Source of the DNA: Paramoeba atlantica
Lineage: Eukaryota > Protista > Discosea
Direction of reading: 5' to 3'
DNA length: 64,000 bases
NCBI GenBank assembly: GCA_977017575.1
Contig: CDRNVI010000040.1
Location: 620,001 to 684,000, forward strand
Within the stretch, counting starts at the first letter, position 1. Every line of letters starts with the position of its first letter. Of this stretch, positions 52,607 through 62,723 are shown one piece after another. Below the pieces are notes generated by a model, which was not told where the DNA came from, did no database searches, and saw only the letters and a list, made by a program, of their open reading frames with translations. The position numbers were made by a program, and so were the translations under genes.

Positions 52607-55600
52607 ATGTTCTGCCTCAATCGATCCAGGTCTTTGTGCCCACTTATACTTTTCCATGTAATCCTTTGTTTCTCACTTATCCCATGGCGAAGGGTTGGAC
52701 ACACGGGTGGCCGACTTCGACAGTCATTTGGTATAAGCGTGACATTTTCTTCCGTCTCATCCTTTCTTGATAGTCAACAAAAGATGAGTTTCGCGACTTG
52801 TTCAGATTCTTCAAATTCTCGATCTGCTCCCTCTCATTTCTTTTCCGGAAACACACCTTCGACCTGTCCGAACCTCTGGCCTGCGATTGACCCGTTTGCC
52901 TTAGGAACTTTTCATGTGGATCCGGTGCTGGGTGCTGACGTGCCAATGTGTGGGACGCATGTGAAGTTCAATAATAATACATCAGGCTCTAGACAGCCGA
53001 CTAGTTGCCGCTCATTGTCATACGTCCTCGATTTCGTTCCTTCGGGTTCCACAATTATTCTACATCCGGGTACATATGACTGTCCTTTGCATGGACATCA
53101 TATCACGAAACCTTTACGTTTTATTGGAACCTCAAGCAAGGAGGTTCGTTTTGAGTGTGCGCAAAAGGGTAGAGCGTTCTTGTTTGATAATGTGTATGTT
53201 TCACTGAGCAATTTGTCTATAGCAGAAGGTCGTGCGCAGTATGCCGGTGGTATATTGGTACGAATGGAAAGTGATTTCGATATTCGATGTTCTCACGTAT
53301 TATCTGATTTATTCTTCACACATTGCTCCGCGTACGCCACTGAGGAGGTCACAGATGACAATAACGCAGTTTCAGATATGATCCGCGCGGCTGGAGCACT
53401 TCTCATTCAATATCGTTTTCGTTCGTATCGCACATCGAAGTTGGAAAACGTAAATTTTGTTGGCAATGTTGTACTCGGAAAAATACAACAAAATAATGAC
53501 GATGTAACATCTCAGTACTCATCTGGAGGAATGGGCATAGTACAGCTTGATGAACGTGAAAAAATTAGCACTGAAAAACTTCCCCATCGAGCGTCCCTTG
53601 GGTCACCTCTCAAGTTGGGCAACACTCAATGTCGGAGTCTAGAAGTTCGTGGCTTTTCACCAAACTTAAAAAATATTAACGGGTACTACCTATTGAGCGC
53701 CACACAGACTGAGGAACTAAACATTGGTGCACAGCTGAACTCTGGGACTTGCTCACTGAATCGTACTTTTCTACGTTATTCTCAAGTGCCCACTCCGGTG
53801 GGATATGTTGATGGGTTCTCTGGTCATCAGTTTTTTTACTGTGTATCGACGGGGCGATGGGTCTTCGCACCCGAGCGAGTTCTCTTTCAAAATGCTTTTC
53901 AGGACCTACCGCACTGTGGAGGTGTTGTCGTTAGCGCTCCTACTGGTTCATCAGAAGAAGACCTTCTTTCTGTATCACGTTGGTACCTGTTGGAGGATGA
54001 AATCCCCGAGATGGAAGTAGATCCTTCCTATTTGCAATTTCCATTAACTATATTTTGCGCAGATCAAGCGGATGTGTCCTCCTTACATCTTACGTCTCTT
54101 CCTACTCGACTCCGAAGCTACGCGGGAATGTATTTACACCATCCTAATTTGACTGTTGCGGGTCGTTCCGTATTTTATCGAGATTTGGAATCGCAGCGAG
54201 ATTATATTTATTTTTGCTTGGGTTCTGGAGAGTGGATTGTGACCAGCGAGGATCCTATCAGTAATGCACAGTATCCCGCCGATGTTTCCCAAAAAGGAAT
54301 AACACAAGTTCGCAGTTATGCTATTCCAGAAGTATTTGTTCAGGATCGCGCAAATCAAGAGGTAACATCTGAATCTGAGGGACTCTACGAACCTTTTCCC
54401 CATACCGCACTAGAAGAACTTCTGGACAAGAGGAACCCAAGTCGTCCTCGAGTCTGTGGCAAAGCTATATCAGGAAGCACAACTTTGTCCGCCCACCCCT
54501 TAACATGCAACCTTTCAAATTGGCGCTACCTTGATACCGAAAGTTGGAAAGAAGAAAAGTTACCTCAAATGGGGTTGCATCACTATGAAGTGGAAAGTGC
54601 ATGTAAAGCTCTTCAGGTTTCCATATACGGTCTCAGTATTTCGCAAAGAACTTTCGGTGAGTATCCATTACTCTCTTGTGAAGGTGTATACGTCCGTAGG
54701 AAGAACCAGTGGAATGGCTACCCTGTGTACTATAAAAGCCACGCGACAACGACACATAGTAGCGGTGTGCAACACGACAAAGGGGCTGAATTCTATCTTT
54801 ATTTTTGCTACGGGTCTCAAGAATGGATTGTATCTCCCACAAATCCATGGAATTCCCAGCTTACGATGAGCGATAAAACGTGTGAAAAAATAATTCGGTC
54901 GCTTCCCTGTCGTATGCCAGACCCCACCCAATGGCATGGCATGTGGAGCTATTGGGATTCCTCTCAACGTAAATGGAAAAAGGGTGACCAGATGATTTCC
55001 ATTTCCTGCATTGATGGGTGTTCCGAAATCTCATTGGAGGATCTGCAGTTCCTTTCTGATCGGTCAGCTAATGATTTTTTATCACGTAATACTACACAAC
55101 CAATTCCTTTTGGATTGTATACCAAAGCTCCCGCACCGTTCTACGATGCTCATGCACGTTTTTATCAGCAAGAAGAATCTTTTAGAATACGGCATTCTGT
55201 CTTGTCTCAACTTCATATAGATCACACTTCATTGGAAAACGCCAACTTACTATTTTTCAGTCATTTCCCTGCTACTTGTAAGCAAACGCAAGCTGCTTCA
55301 CGCGAGACAAAATCAGGCGTCCTTCTCAGCACGGACACTTTGTCTCTATTGTCTCAAAACAATAGCACGGACGTAAACGCTATGTACTCGAATGTAATAC
55401 TAAGAGCCACGGGGAAAATCTCGTGTAGTTCGGTAGAAATACGTAATCTACCGCAGAATTCATCCCATGTGAATGGCGTATACGTAGACCACGGAACAGT
55501 GTTTGCGCGTAGAAAGGTTTTCGTACTTGATGAAGCAGAAATACAAAATTTCTTTCGTTTGAGCATTTTCTACGACATAACCGAACGACGTTGGTGTGTC

Positions 55601-57220
55601 GGAGAATTTAATTCTCAAAACTTGACATTTTCTTCTGTATTGATGTATAGTTCGCAAACAGGCGTACTTCATCCTGTAGAGGCATCCTCATGGGAGTTAC
55701 GACACAAAACATACGTTCAAGATCTATCTATTCAGGCAAACGCGAACGCGGATTTGTTAACGCATGCTATTGTGCGTTGTTCACCACGTCTTATACCACG
55801 AACGCCAAGTTTCATGCTGGAGCCTTCGTGGCAGCAACCGCAACTGTATCTTTCAGACTCTATTTTCGAATCAAATACATGCGAATATGATAATCTCATC
55901 TCGCTACCGAACACTTCAATAGTCTCTGAAAGAAGTCAGTTACAGCATCCGCCATGTTACCTTTTTGGAGGTCTTGGGATTATACAGCAAATACCTCCTC
56001 AAGGGTTTAGATACACAAACGAACTTCACAACCTTTTCTTTTTGCGTAACCTTGCTGTACCGCGTCCGTTAAGGCGGAGTAAAACCTTTGTACCTCACAA
56101 TACAAACCAGATAACGCAACTTTCTCACAACAAACACGACACTGAAAACCAGGAAAGGCACTCTGACACCGACATCTCTCTTCCCATGCCACAACACGTT
56201 GGGGGGCTTCTCCTACACGTGCAGCACTGTCCGCATGCCGTACTCTATCTCCACGCGAGCCACATGCGGTTCGAGGCCAATCGTGGTGAATCCGGGGGCA
56301 TGTTACTCAACAACGTCCATGGACACTTACATGACTTCTCGCTTCTCCGTAACGAGGGCACGCGTTGTGGCGGGGGCATGGCCTACTCCAGCATGGCAAG
56401 TGCCTCGTTGTCGCTCGCGGGAGCCCATGTGGATGGAAACACTGCCTTGCGCCATGGGGGGGCACTGTACACACCCGATCATCACACGCTTCTAGGGGTA
56501 GACAGCGGGATATTCAATGATAACATGTCGCCACAGCCGGGTACTGTGGTGTACAGCCAAGGGGTTGTCACCTTTATGGGCAACGCAAGGGTACGAGGAC
56601 ACGACACAATGGTCGTCACTCCATGGTTGATTGTTTCTGAGGAGGTAAGCGTCGAATGCGCAAACGATGGGGTCGCTTCTTTTATGGAAGAAGATGTACG
56701 CTGTCCGGTAAAGGACGCCCAGGATGTGGAGGACACGGTAGATGGGACATCGGTGTGTTTTTCAAGACGTGACGCCGATATTCAATACAAAAATGAGGTT
56801 CAATATCGTAGCACGCCTCGTCGCTTGCAAAGCGGCTTAAACTTTTCTCTTGAACACGAGTTGTTAGGCCAAAAAGAGTATGACGTACGATATTCTGAAG
56901 ATAATAGCTCTAGGGAGGTTCCCTTACAGGGATCGTGGACATTCTTATCTTTTGAATTTTTTTCTTCTTTTTTTTCTAATTTAAGTAGCTTAGAAAATCG
57001 AAGGACCCCTGATGAGGTGTGGTTAGCAAAACGTAAAGAAAAGCAGACTGTAAAAACGGCATGGACACTTTCTTTCGTCCAATTCCTTTTTTCATTGTGT
57101 GATCCACATCCTCACAATGTTGCCCGCATTCTTCTTTCTGGTATGCTCATGGTGTATGTTTCGCGCCAGCTGCACCCAACTACGAGGCACGGCCGATTAA
57201 ATTCTTGCCTTTCTAGTTAG
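52607..57220 (+). CDS. Large putative surface/secreted protein: pectin-lyase-like beta-helix segments interrupted by ~5 repeated modules
   Basis: Hydrophobic N-terminus; VPSGSTIILHPGTY, NLSIAEGRAQYAGG, N.G..GGM/GGALY beta-helix motifs; repeated C..(L/V).(V/I)...(N)GxY...GR.VF...Y.YFC...EWIV...W modules. Confidence 0.7.
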   Translation: MFCLNRSRSLCPLILFHVILCFSLIPWRRVGHTGGRLRQSFGISVTFSSVSSFLDSQQKMSFATCSDSSNSRSAPSHFFSGNTPSTCPNLWPAIDPFALGTFHVDPVLGADVPMCGTHVKFNNNTSGSRQPTSCRSLSYVLDFVPSGSTIILHPGTYDCPLHGHHITKPLRFIGTSSKEVRFECAQKGRAFLFDNVYVSLSNLSIAEGRAQYAGGILVRMESDFDIRCSHVLSDLFFTHCSAYATEEVTDDNNAVSDMIRAAGALLIQYRFRSYRTSKLENVNFVGNVVLGKIQQNNDDVTSQYSSGGMGIVQLDEREKISTEKLPHRASLGSPLKLGNTQCRSLEVRGFSPNLKNINGYYLLSATQTEELNIGAQLNSGTCSLNRTFLRYSQVPTPVGYVDGFSGHQFFYCVSTGRWVFAPERVLFQNAFQDLPHCGGVVVSAPTGSSEEDLLSVSRWYLLEDEIPEMEVDPSYLQFPLTIFCADQADVSSLHLTSLPTRLRSYAGMYLHHPNLTVAGRSVFYRDLESQRDYIYFCLGSGEWIVTSEDPISNAQYPADVSQKGITQVRSYAIPEVFVQDRANQEVTSESEGLYEPFPHTALEELLDKRNPSRPRVCGKAISGSTTLSAHPLTCNLSNWRYLDTESWKEEKLPQMGLHHYEVESACKALQVSIYGLSISQRTFGEYPLLSCEGVYVRRKNQWNGYPVYYKSHATTTHSSGVQHDKGAEFYLYFCYGSQEWIVSPTNPWNSQLTMSDKTCEKIIRSLPCRMPDPTQWHGMWSYWDSSQRKWKKGDQMISISCIDGCSEISLEDLQFLSDRSANDFLSRNTTQPIPFGLYTKAPAPFYDAHARFYQQEESFRIRHSVLSQLHIDHTSLENANLLFFSHFPATCKQTQAASRETKSGVLLSTDTLSLLSQNNSTDVNAMYSNVILRATGKISCSSVEIRNLPQNSSHVNGVYVDHGTVFARRKVFVLDEAEIQNFFRLSIFYDITERRWCVGEFNSQNLTFSSVLMYSSQTGVLHPVEASSWELRHKTYVQDLSIQANANADLLTHAIVRCSPRLIPRTPSFMLEPSWQQPQLYLSDSIFESNTCEYDNLISLPNTSIVSERSQLQHPPCYLFGGLGIIQQIPPQGFRYTNELHNLFFLRNLAVPRPLRRSKTFVPHNTNQITQLSHNKHDTENQERHSDTDISLPMPQHVGGLLLHVQHCPHAVLYLHASHMRFEANRGESGGMLLNNVHGHLHDFSLLRNEGTRCGGGMAYSSMASASLSLAGAHVDGNTALRHGGALYTPDHHTLLGVDSGIFNDNMSPQPGTVVYSQGVVTFMGNARVRGHDTMVVTPWLIVSEEVSVECANDGVASFMEEDVRCPVKDAQDVEDTVDGTSVCFSRRDADIQYKNEVQYRSTPRRLQSGLNFSLEHELLGQKEYDVRYSEDNSSREVPLQGSWTFLSFEFFSSFFSNLSSLENRRTPDEVWLAKRKEKQTVKTAWTLSFVQFLFSLCDPHPHNVARILLSGMLMVYVSRQLHPTTRHGRLNSCLSS
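56150..56760. other. Weaker skew-inversion island 6, inside the beta-helix gene
   Basis: C/A-rich ~56150-56350, G-rich ~56370-56760. Confidence 0.6.
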
Positions 57221-57567
57221 TCATAAACTTGGAAGAACATAAACGCCATTTGATCTTGGTCATATTGTACTGCGTGTTTTTGTTTAAGGGTGTTACTCAT
57301 TCACCCGAATAATTCTCTTAAATGACTGGGTCCTGAGTGCCACACAAAATGACGTTTCGTCACTATTAAACTGTTCTTTCAATCTTTTTGTTTTACAGAT
57401 TCAATTCCGAATAATCGTACCCTGGTGATCCACCTTGTTACTTATTTGATCTTCGGTTCCCTTTCTTTATTGTTCTAAGCGCAAAACTTCTATGGAAGGC
57501 GACGTACAATTTTTTGAATATCCTAAAATGTACAATTTGGTGAAAATCCTTCTCGTTTTTCTTTACA

Positions 57568-58137
57568 ATGGAGAACTCGACAACTACAAGACTCGGCAAG
57601 ATACGCGGCATTCAAATGCCGCCAGAGCGCAGTTTATATTTATTCCTTCAAAAAGTGGAAAATCCTCTTCCTTCTTGGCACAGTGATACCCCTATACGTC
57701 AGTGGGCTGGAGTTGATTGCACTGAGGATGGTCAAGTGTTGTCTCTTCAATGGAATGCACATGATCTTCGTGGCAGCTTTCAATGGGAACATATACCTGC
57801 GTCAGTCATACGGATTTACCTATGTAGAAATGAAATCTCCGGAGAAGTCGTATTTCGTTATTTGCCCCGATCTCTCCAGGAGTTGTGGCTAATAAGGAAC
57901 AAATTAACGGGTCGTGTTGTTGTTGAGGATTTTCCAGAAAGTCTTTTATCCGTCAGCCTTGCGCATAATAATTTTTCTGGTGAGATGAATTTTTTGTCCC
58001 TTCCTCCTCATTTGTGCTACATTGATGTTTCTTTTAACTACGAACTTATGGGAGATCTTTTCTTGTCCACCCTGCCTTGCTCGGTGGACTCATGGTGCAC
58101 TAAAGACACTCAAATTGTAGTGCATCCTAAGAAATAG
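57568..58137 (+). CDS. Short leucine-rich repeat protein
   Basis: QWAGVDC N-cap; 4-5 LRRs. Confidence 0.85.
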   Translation: MENSTTTRLGKIRGIQMPPERSLYLFLQKVENPLPSWHSDTPIRQWAGVDCTEDGQVLSLQWNAHDLRGSFQWEHIPASVIRIYLCRNEISGEVVFRYLPRSLQELWLIRNKLTGRVVVEDFPESLLSVSLAHNNFSGEMNFLSLPPHLCYIDVSFNYELMGDLFLSTLPCSVDSWCTKDTQIVVHPKK

Positions 58138-58576
58138 CGTAGTGCAGTACGATTTATTTTTTCAGCATCATTTCTCTACAACTATTTCAACACTTGCCTA
58201 TACGTTTCATCTTCATCCTATACCAGGACAAAACGGCTCTTTTGGAAAGACCTTATTACTTTGTCGATTTCCATTTCTTTCATTAGAACGATGTATGGAT
58301 TCGTACATGATGAGTTCGTCGGCCATCATTACAATAGCATCTACTCGTGTTTTCCCCTATAAACTATTTAGTAACGTCAATATTGTTGTAAATCAACACT
58401 ACTGTACTGCATATTACACTGTACATCAACACTGCATACAACTACAAAATGTTTGTCTCTCCCCGCACCCAATTCCCGATCTCATGTTTCTTTCTCCTTC
58501 TGCACTGTATGATTTCTTATATCTAAATGTCTATGATTTTTTTTCTTTTAATTAATATCTTATCAATGGTAAAATC

Positions 58577-60325
58577 ATGCTGAATTTTCCCGACTCATGG
58601 AAACAGTTGTGGAGCGCATACTCCAAATTACGACCATATGTATATCTCCACCGTGGTGCTGCGCTCCTGTCTTTGTTTTGCATAACCGTTGGAGCTGTCA
58701 TTAACATTTCGTTACCTCTTCTCTTGCGTGATCTTTCGGAGCGTGAGTCAATAGATCCAACAGCACACGTAGGAACAATGTGTTTTTTATTTCTTATCTA
58801 TCACACTGTTTCCTGCTTCGGCCACTATACTTCGGCTGTGGGGGCGCGCCGACTTGAGAGCCATCTTTGCGAAGCATCGTTGAAAACGCTAAACGACCGC
58901 TCATTTAAAGATGTTATTGAGGTGTCTCCCGAAATTTTTGCATCTAACATCACTCAAGGAGCCCAACATGTCCGGGAGTGCTTTACTGGCTTCCTTACTG
59001 ACTTCTATCAGAGTGTTGTGTTTCTTGTCGCCTTCACATTGGGTTTACTTTCTATCTCTCCTCAATTATCTTTTCTTCTTGTTGTCTTCGCGGTGCTGAA
59101 CCGATGGGCATCTGGTTTTTTCGGCACTGACTTTTCAGTCAAAAGTCGGAATGTACAACGCATGCAGGCCATAATAAATAAGAAGCTTGCCCACGCAGTT
59201 TCCAAGCAATCAACCATTCGACTTTTTTCATTGCAATGTTCCGTAGACACGCAGTTAAAATCATGTCTAACTATGCTTCGGCATTCTGCTGCGGAGATGG
59301 ATTGGAAACTACACAGCAGTAGCGCTGCAAATTTTGGTTTTAACAATATTCTGTATGTCTTGCTTGTAGCCGCCGGTCGCCACTATAAAGACTTAGGAGT
59401 ACTAACCACGGGAGATATTTTGCTATTTTTCTTTTACGCCAAACGATGGTTGGATCACGCAGGCGACTTGTCCCGAGAAATAAACAAAGTCAGGATTGCA
59501 ATGGGTTCCACAGAAGGATTGCTTCAATACCTTGACGAGCATACCTTGGATTCGTCATTATCGATCGTAGGGAAACGTATGGCTGATACGACGGAGAAAT
59601 CAGATCACATAACGGAGGAACGGATAGTTTCTGAACTTCCGTACCTTACCCTTCAAGGAGTTACTTACATGTACGGTCCACGTGACGTCTCCATGACATT
59701 TTATCCTGGTAAACTTTATGGCATCGTGGGTTATAGTGGACAAGGGAAAACTACACTTGCGCGATTGATGACGTCGCTCCTTTTACCAACGGCTGGCACC
59801 GTTTCGCGCCGTGTAGATATAGCTCTATGTGAACAAGATGCCGGACTCCTGGATGGTACTCTATGGGAAAATATTGCATATGGTTCTTCCCCTTCAGTCT
59901 CCGAAAAGAGAATCCTTCAAGCTGCATCCAGAGCTGCATTAGACGACGTAATAGAGGCGCTACCACAAGGACTTCACACGTCGTTTCAATGTGAAGGCGA
60001 AACTCCATTAAGTGGCGGACAAATTCAAAGATTTGCTCTTGCTCGCACTTTTTTGTCGGATGCACCAATTATTGTACTAGATGAACCAACTAAGGGTCTT
60101 GATGCGGCCGCCGCTGCTATTATTTTTGACTCTGTGGACTCTTTTGTCCAAGAAGGACGCACAGTAATAATCATTACCCATCAGTTGCAGTTTCTCCGAT
60201 CCGCAGATTACATTTACGTTCTTTCACGAGGCATTATAGAGTCGGAGGGTTCCCCTTCTAAACTATTGTCGAGCAGTCTTGCATATCAGCGACTATCGTC
60301 GGATACAGTAAATGACGACGTTTAA
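58577..60325 (+). CDS. ABCB-type half transporter (TMD-NBD)
   Basis: Transmembrane domain, then Walker A GYSGQGKTT, signature LSGGQIQR, Walker B IIVLDEPT, switch ITHQL. Confidence 0.92.
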   Translation: MLNFPDSWKQLWSAYSKLRPYVYLHRGAALLSLFCITVGAVINISLPLLLRDLSERESIDPTAHVGTMCFLFLIYHTVSCFGHYTSAVGARRLESHLCEASLKTLNDRSFKDVIEVSPEIFASNITQGAQHVRECFTGFLTDFYQSVVFLVAFTLGLLSISPQLSFLLVVFAVLNRWASGFFGTDFSVKSRNVQRMQAIINKKLAHAVSKQSTIRLFSLQCSVDTQLKSCLTMLRHSAAEMDWKLHSSSAANFGFNNILYVLLVAAGRHYKDLGVLTTGDILLFFFYAKRWLDHAGDLSREINKVRIAMGSTEGLLQYLDEHTLDSSLSIVGKRMADTTEKSDHITEERIVSELPYLTLQGVTYMYGPRDVSMTFYPGKLYGIVGYSGQGKTTLARLMTSLLLPTAGTVSRRVDIALCEQDAGLLDGTLWENIAYGSSPSVSEKRILQAASRAALDDVIEALPQGLHTSFQCEGETPLSGGQIQRFALARTFLSDAPIIVLDEPTKGLDAAAAAIIFDSVDSFVQEGRTVIIITHQLQFLRSADYIYVLSRGIIESEGSPSKLLSSSLAYQRLSSDTVNDDV

Positions 60326-60558
60326 AAGATAAACACAAAGTTTACCTCTATAGACTCTTTAGAAGTATGAAGATCATAAACTTTGTGACAACAGAGGAAG
60401 TTGCATCACCTGATAGTAAATGACTTTGGGGGTCTTAATTGTTTTTGAAGTACATTGTTTTTTCCCGTGGCATATTTGTAGTATCTATATTGAGTAATAT
60501 CACAGCATATCAGTTCACTATAGCTAGTTCTGTATATCTTCTGAATCTGTATTTCACT

Positions 60559-61173
60559 ATGATGAGTTTACGTGCATTGGTTCACACTGCCGACTCTAGC
60601 GTTTCTGCGCCTCGTCCCTCTAAGGTAAGAAACGCAGAAATGCCACAGCAATATGACCTGGAGCGTCTTATTAGTAATGTGACGAATCAGCATGTTTCAT
60701 GGAAAGTTGAAAATTCACTTTCTTTGTGGCGTGGGGTAAGTTGTAATGATTTGAATAGAGTTGAGAAGCTTGTATGGAAATCAATTAATCTCTCAGGAAC
60801 TTTGCTTTGGGAACATATGCCTAAATCGACGTTGGCGTTGGATTTTCAAGAAAATAGTTTGAGCGGTAAGATTCATTTTGACCTGTTACCTCCCAAGCTT
60901 GAATCAATGATCCTATCTCGTAACAGGTTCACTGGACCCATAGATCTCAGAAGTTCTCCTGATACTCTCATGGCATTGTTTGCCTCGGTAAATTTATTAA
61001 GTGGGGAACTTTTTCTCGGTGACTTGAACCCGAAGTTTACGTATTTATATTTGATGGACAATCACGAGCTTGAAGGAACGATTTACATGTCTCAACTACC
61101 GTTCAAACTTCAGAAAACGGGTCACATACCCGGTGTTGATGTGTCAAATACGAAAATTAAAGTAATGCCGTGA
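60559..61173 (+). CDS. Short leucine-rich repeat protein
   Basis: LWRGVSCN N-cap plus LRRs; ATG taken at 60559. Confidence 0.85.
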   Translation: MMSLRALVHTADSSVSAPRPSKVRNAEMPQQYDLERLISNVTNQHVSWKVENSLSLWRGVSCNDLNRVEKLVWKSINLSGTLLWEHMPKSTLALDFQENSLSGKIHFDLLPPKLESMILSRNRFTGPIDLRSSPDTLMALFASVNLLSGELFLGDLNPKFTYLYLMDNHELEGTIYMSQLPFKLQKTGHIPGVDVSNTKIKVMP

Positions 61174-61316
61174 ATGACCCACTCAAAGGATTGTACGTAT
61201 ATAATGTACGTGTAAGGAATGTACGTATACATTTCTTATGATTATAAATTTAGTTTATAGGATTTCTCGGAAATTTGGTCCATTAGCAAAATATTTTTAC
61301 GATTTTTTTTTCAATA

Positions 61317-61652
61317 CTCCCCCTGTCATTAATAATGATAATCTTGAAAAAATAATTATTCTATGTGGTGAAGACTCTTAAAAAATTATCAACTTATTTT
61401 CATGCACGCAGGATTTTCTTAGAAAAAAAATTCTGCCTTAAAAAAAAACGTTTTTTGAACAAAAAATTTACTGGTAAGGTTTCAAAAACGACCCAAATTC
61501 GGGTTAAAATTTCGCATTTTTGGCCTGAAAACCATTTTTTTTGTCGAAAACGATGTACTCCCCCTGCCATTAATAATGATAATGATAATAATAATCTCAA
61601 ACAAATTATCATTCTTGAGGATTATCATTATCATTATTAATGACAGGGGGAG
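61317..61652. mobile_element. TA-flanked MITE with CTCCC ends (Tc1/mariner, Stowaway-like) and an internal second left TIR
   Basis: TA|CTCCCCCTGTCATTAATAATGATAAT ... ATTATCATTATTAATGACAGGGGGAG|TA; second TA|CTCCCCCTGCCATTAAT at 61558. Confidence 0.85.
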
Positions 61653-61925
61653 TATGCTCCATGCCACCGTCGAAGCGCTAATGAAGAATGATACTAATTA
61701 GGTGAACAAATGGGTTTTCAAAAAACAGTTAATTTTTCCCTTGAGACATGCGCATCCCAAGTTAATTAGTGATTTTCTACATCACGATGGTTTTCGGAGA
61801 TTTTTGAAAGTCATGAATGAAAAAAGTCCTCCGTGTTGTATTGGGAAATGTAATTCTTTGGTTTCTTTCTTTAGTTTCTTAAACTCCTTGGAGTAGTAAA
61901 TTTCTTTTACCTTTGTATTTATTCT

Positions 61926-62723
61926 ATGTTGATGCTTCTTACGTTTTTGTTCAAAGGAACTCTGTTGATGGTTTCTTCGGGACATAATTATTCTTTATTT
62001 TTTCTTTGGTCCGCGGACGACTCCGACCGCTCTGAAAGGAGAGGGCGTGTAAGTCAAGCAAACCTTCCACTTGAAGTTGAGCTAGAAATGTTTCTTCGGA
62101 ACATCGATGGCAAGAGCCCATCATGGAAAGCGGATATTCCGATTGCATACTGGGATAATGTTTTTCATGATGACGATGGTTCCCTTTATCTTGATTTTGA
62201 AAATAAAGAGTTACAGGGCACTATCGATCTGCGCTATCTCCCGAAACGTGTTGCGGTGCTGCGCATGTTTCAAAACTTGCTGAATGGTACTCTTGCACTG
62301 TCTTTGCTTCATGATGACCTACAATCTCTCCATCTCTCAGCTAATGAATTCTCAGGTGCCGTAGATCTGTCACAACTTCCTGCATACATGCACACAATGG
62401 AATTGAATAAAAATTTGCTTGTCGGAAAAATTGATCTTAGTTCACTTCCTGCCTCATTAAAAACGTTGAACCTCTCATCAAATGCACTTTCCGGGGAACT
62501 AGACCTCACCTTGCTACATCCTCCTCTTACTTATCTAGATTTGGCAAGAAACGAATTTTCCGGATTTCCTAATATGAAGAAACTTCCACTCAGCCTTTGG
62601 CTTTTGGACTTGTCGCACAATTTGATAGAGGTCGAGAAAAATGAGAGAAGCCAAATTCCTTCTTGCGTTCGAATCCTGGAACACGGTGTCATGGAAAAGC
62701 GAAGAGGGTATTCCCAACGATAA
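61926..62723 (+). CDS. Leucine-rich repeat protein (lineage-expanded family)
   Basis: ADDSDRSERRGRV..LP.E.EL N-terminal motif, W..V.cap, ~6 LRRs (LPxxLxxLxLxxNxLSG). Confidence 0.88.
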   Translation: MLMLLTFLFKGTLLMVSSGHNYSLFFLWSADDSDRSERRGRVSQANLPLEVELEMFLRNIDGKSPSWKADIPIAYWDNVFHDDDGSLYLDFENKELQGTIDLRYLPKRVAVLRMFQNLLNGTLALSLLHDDLQSLHLSANEFSGAVDLSQLPAYMHTMELNKNLLVGKIDLSSLPASLKTLNLSSNALSGELDLTLLHPPLTYLDLARNEFSGFPNMKKLPLSLWLLDLSHNLIEVEKNERSQIPSCVRILEHGVMEKRRGYSQR

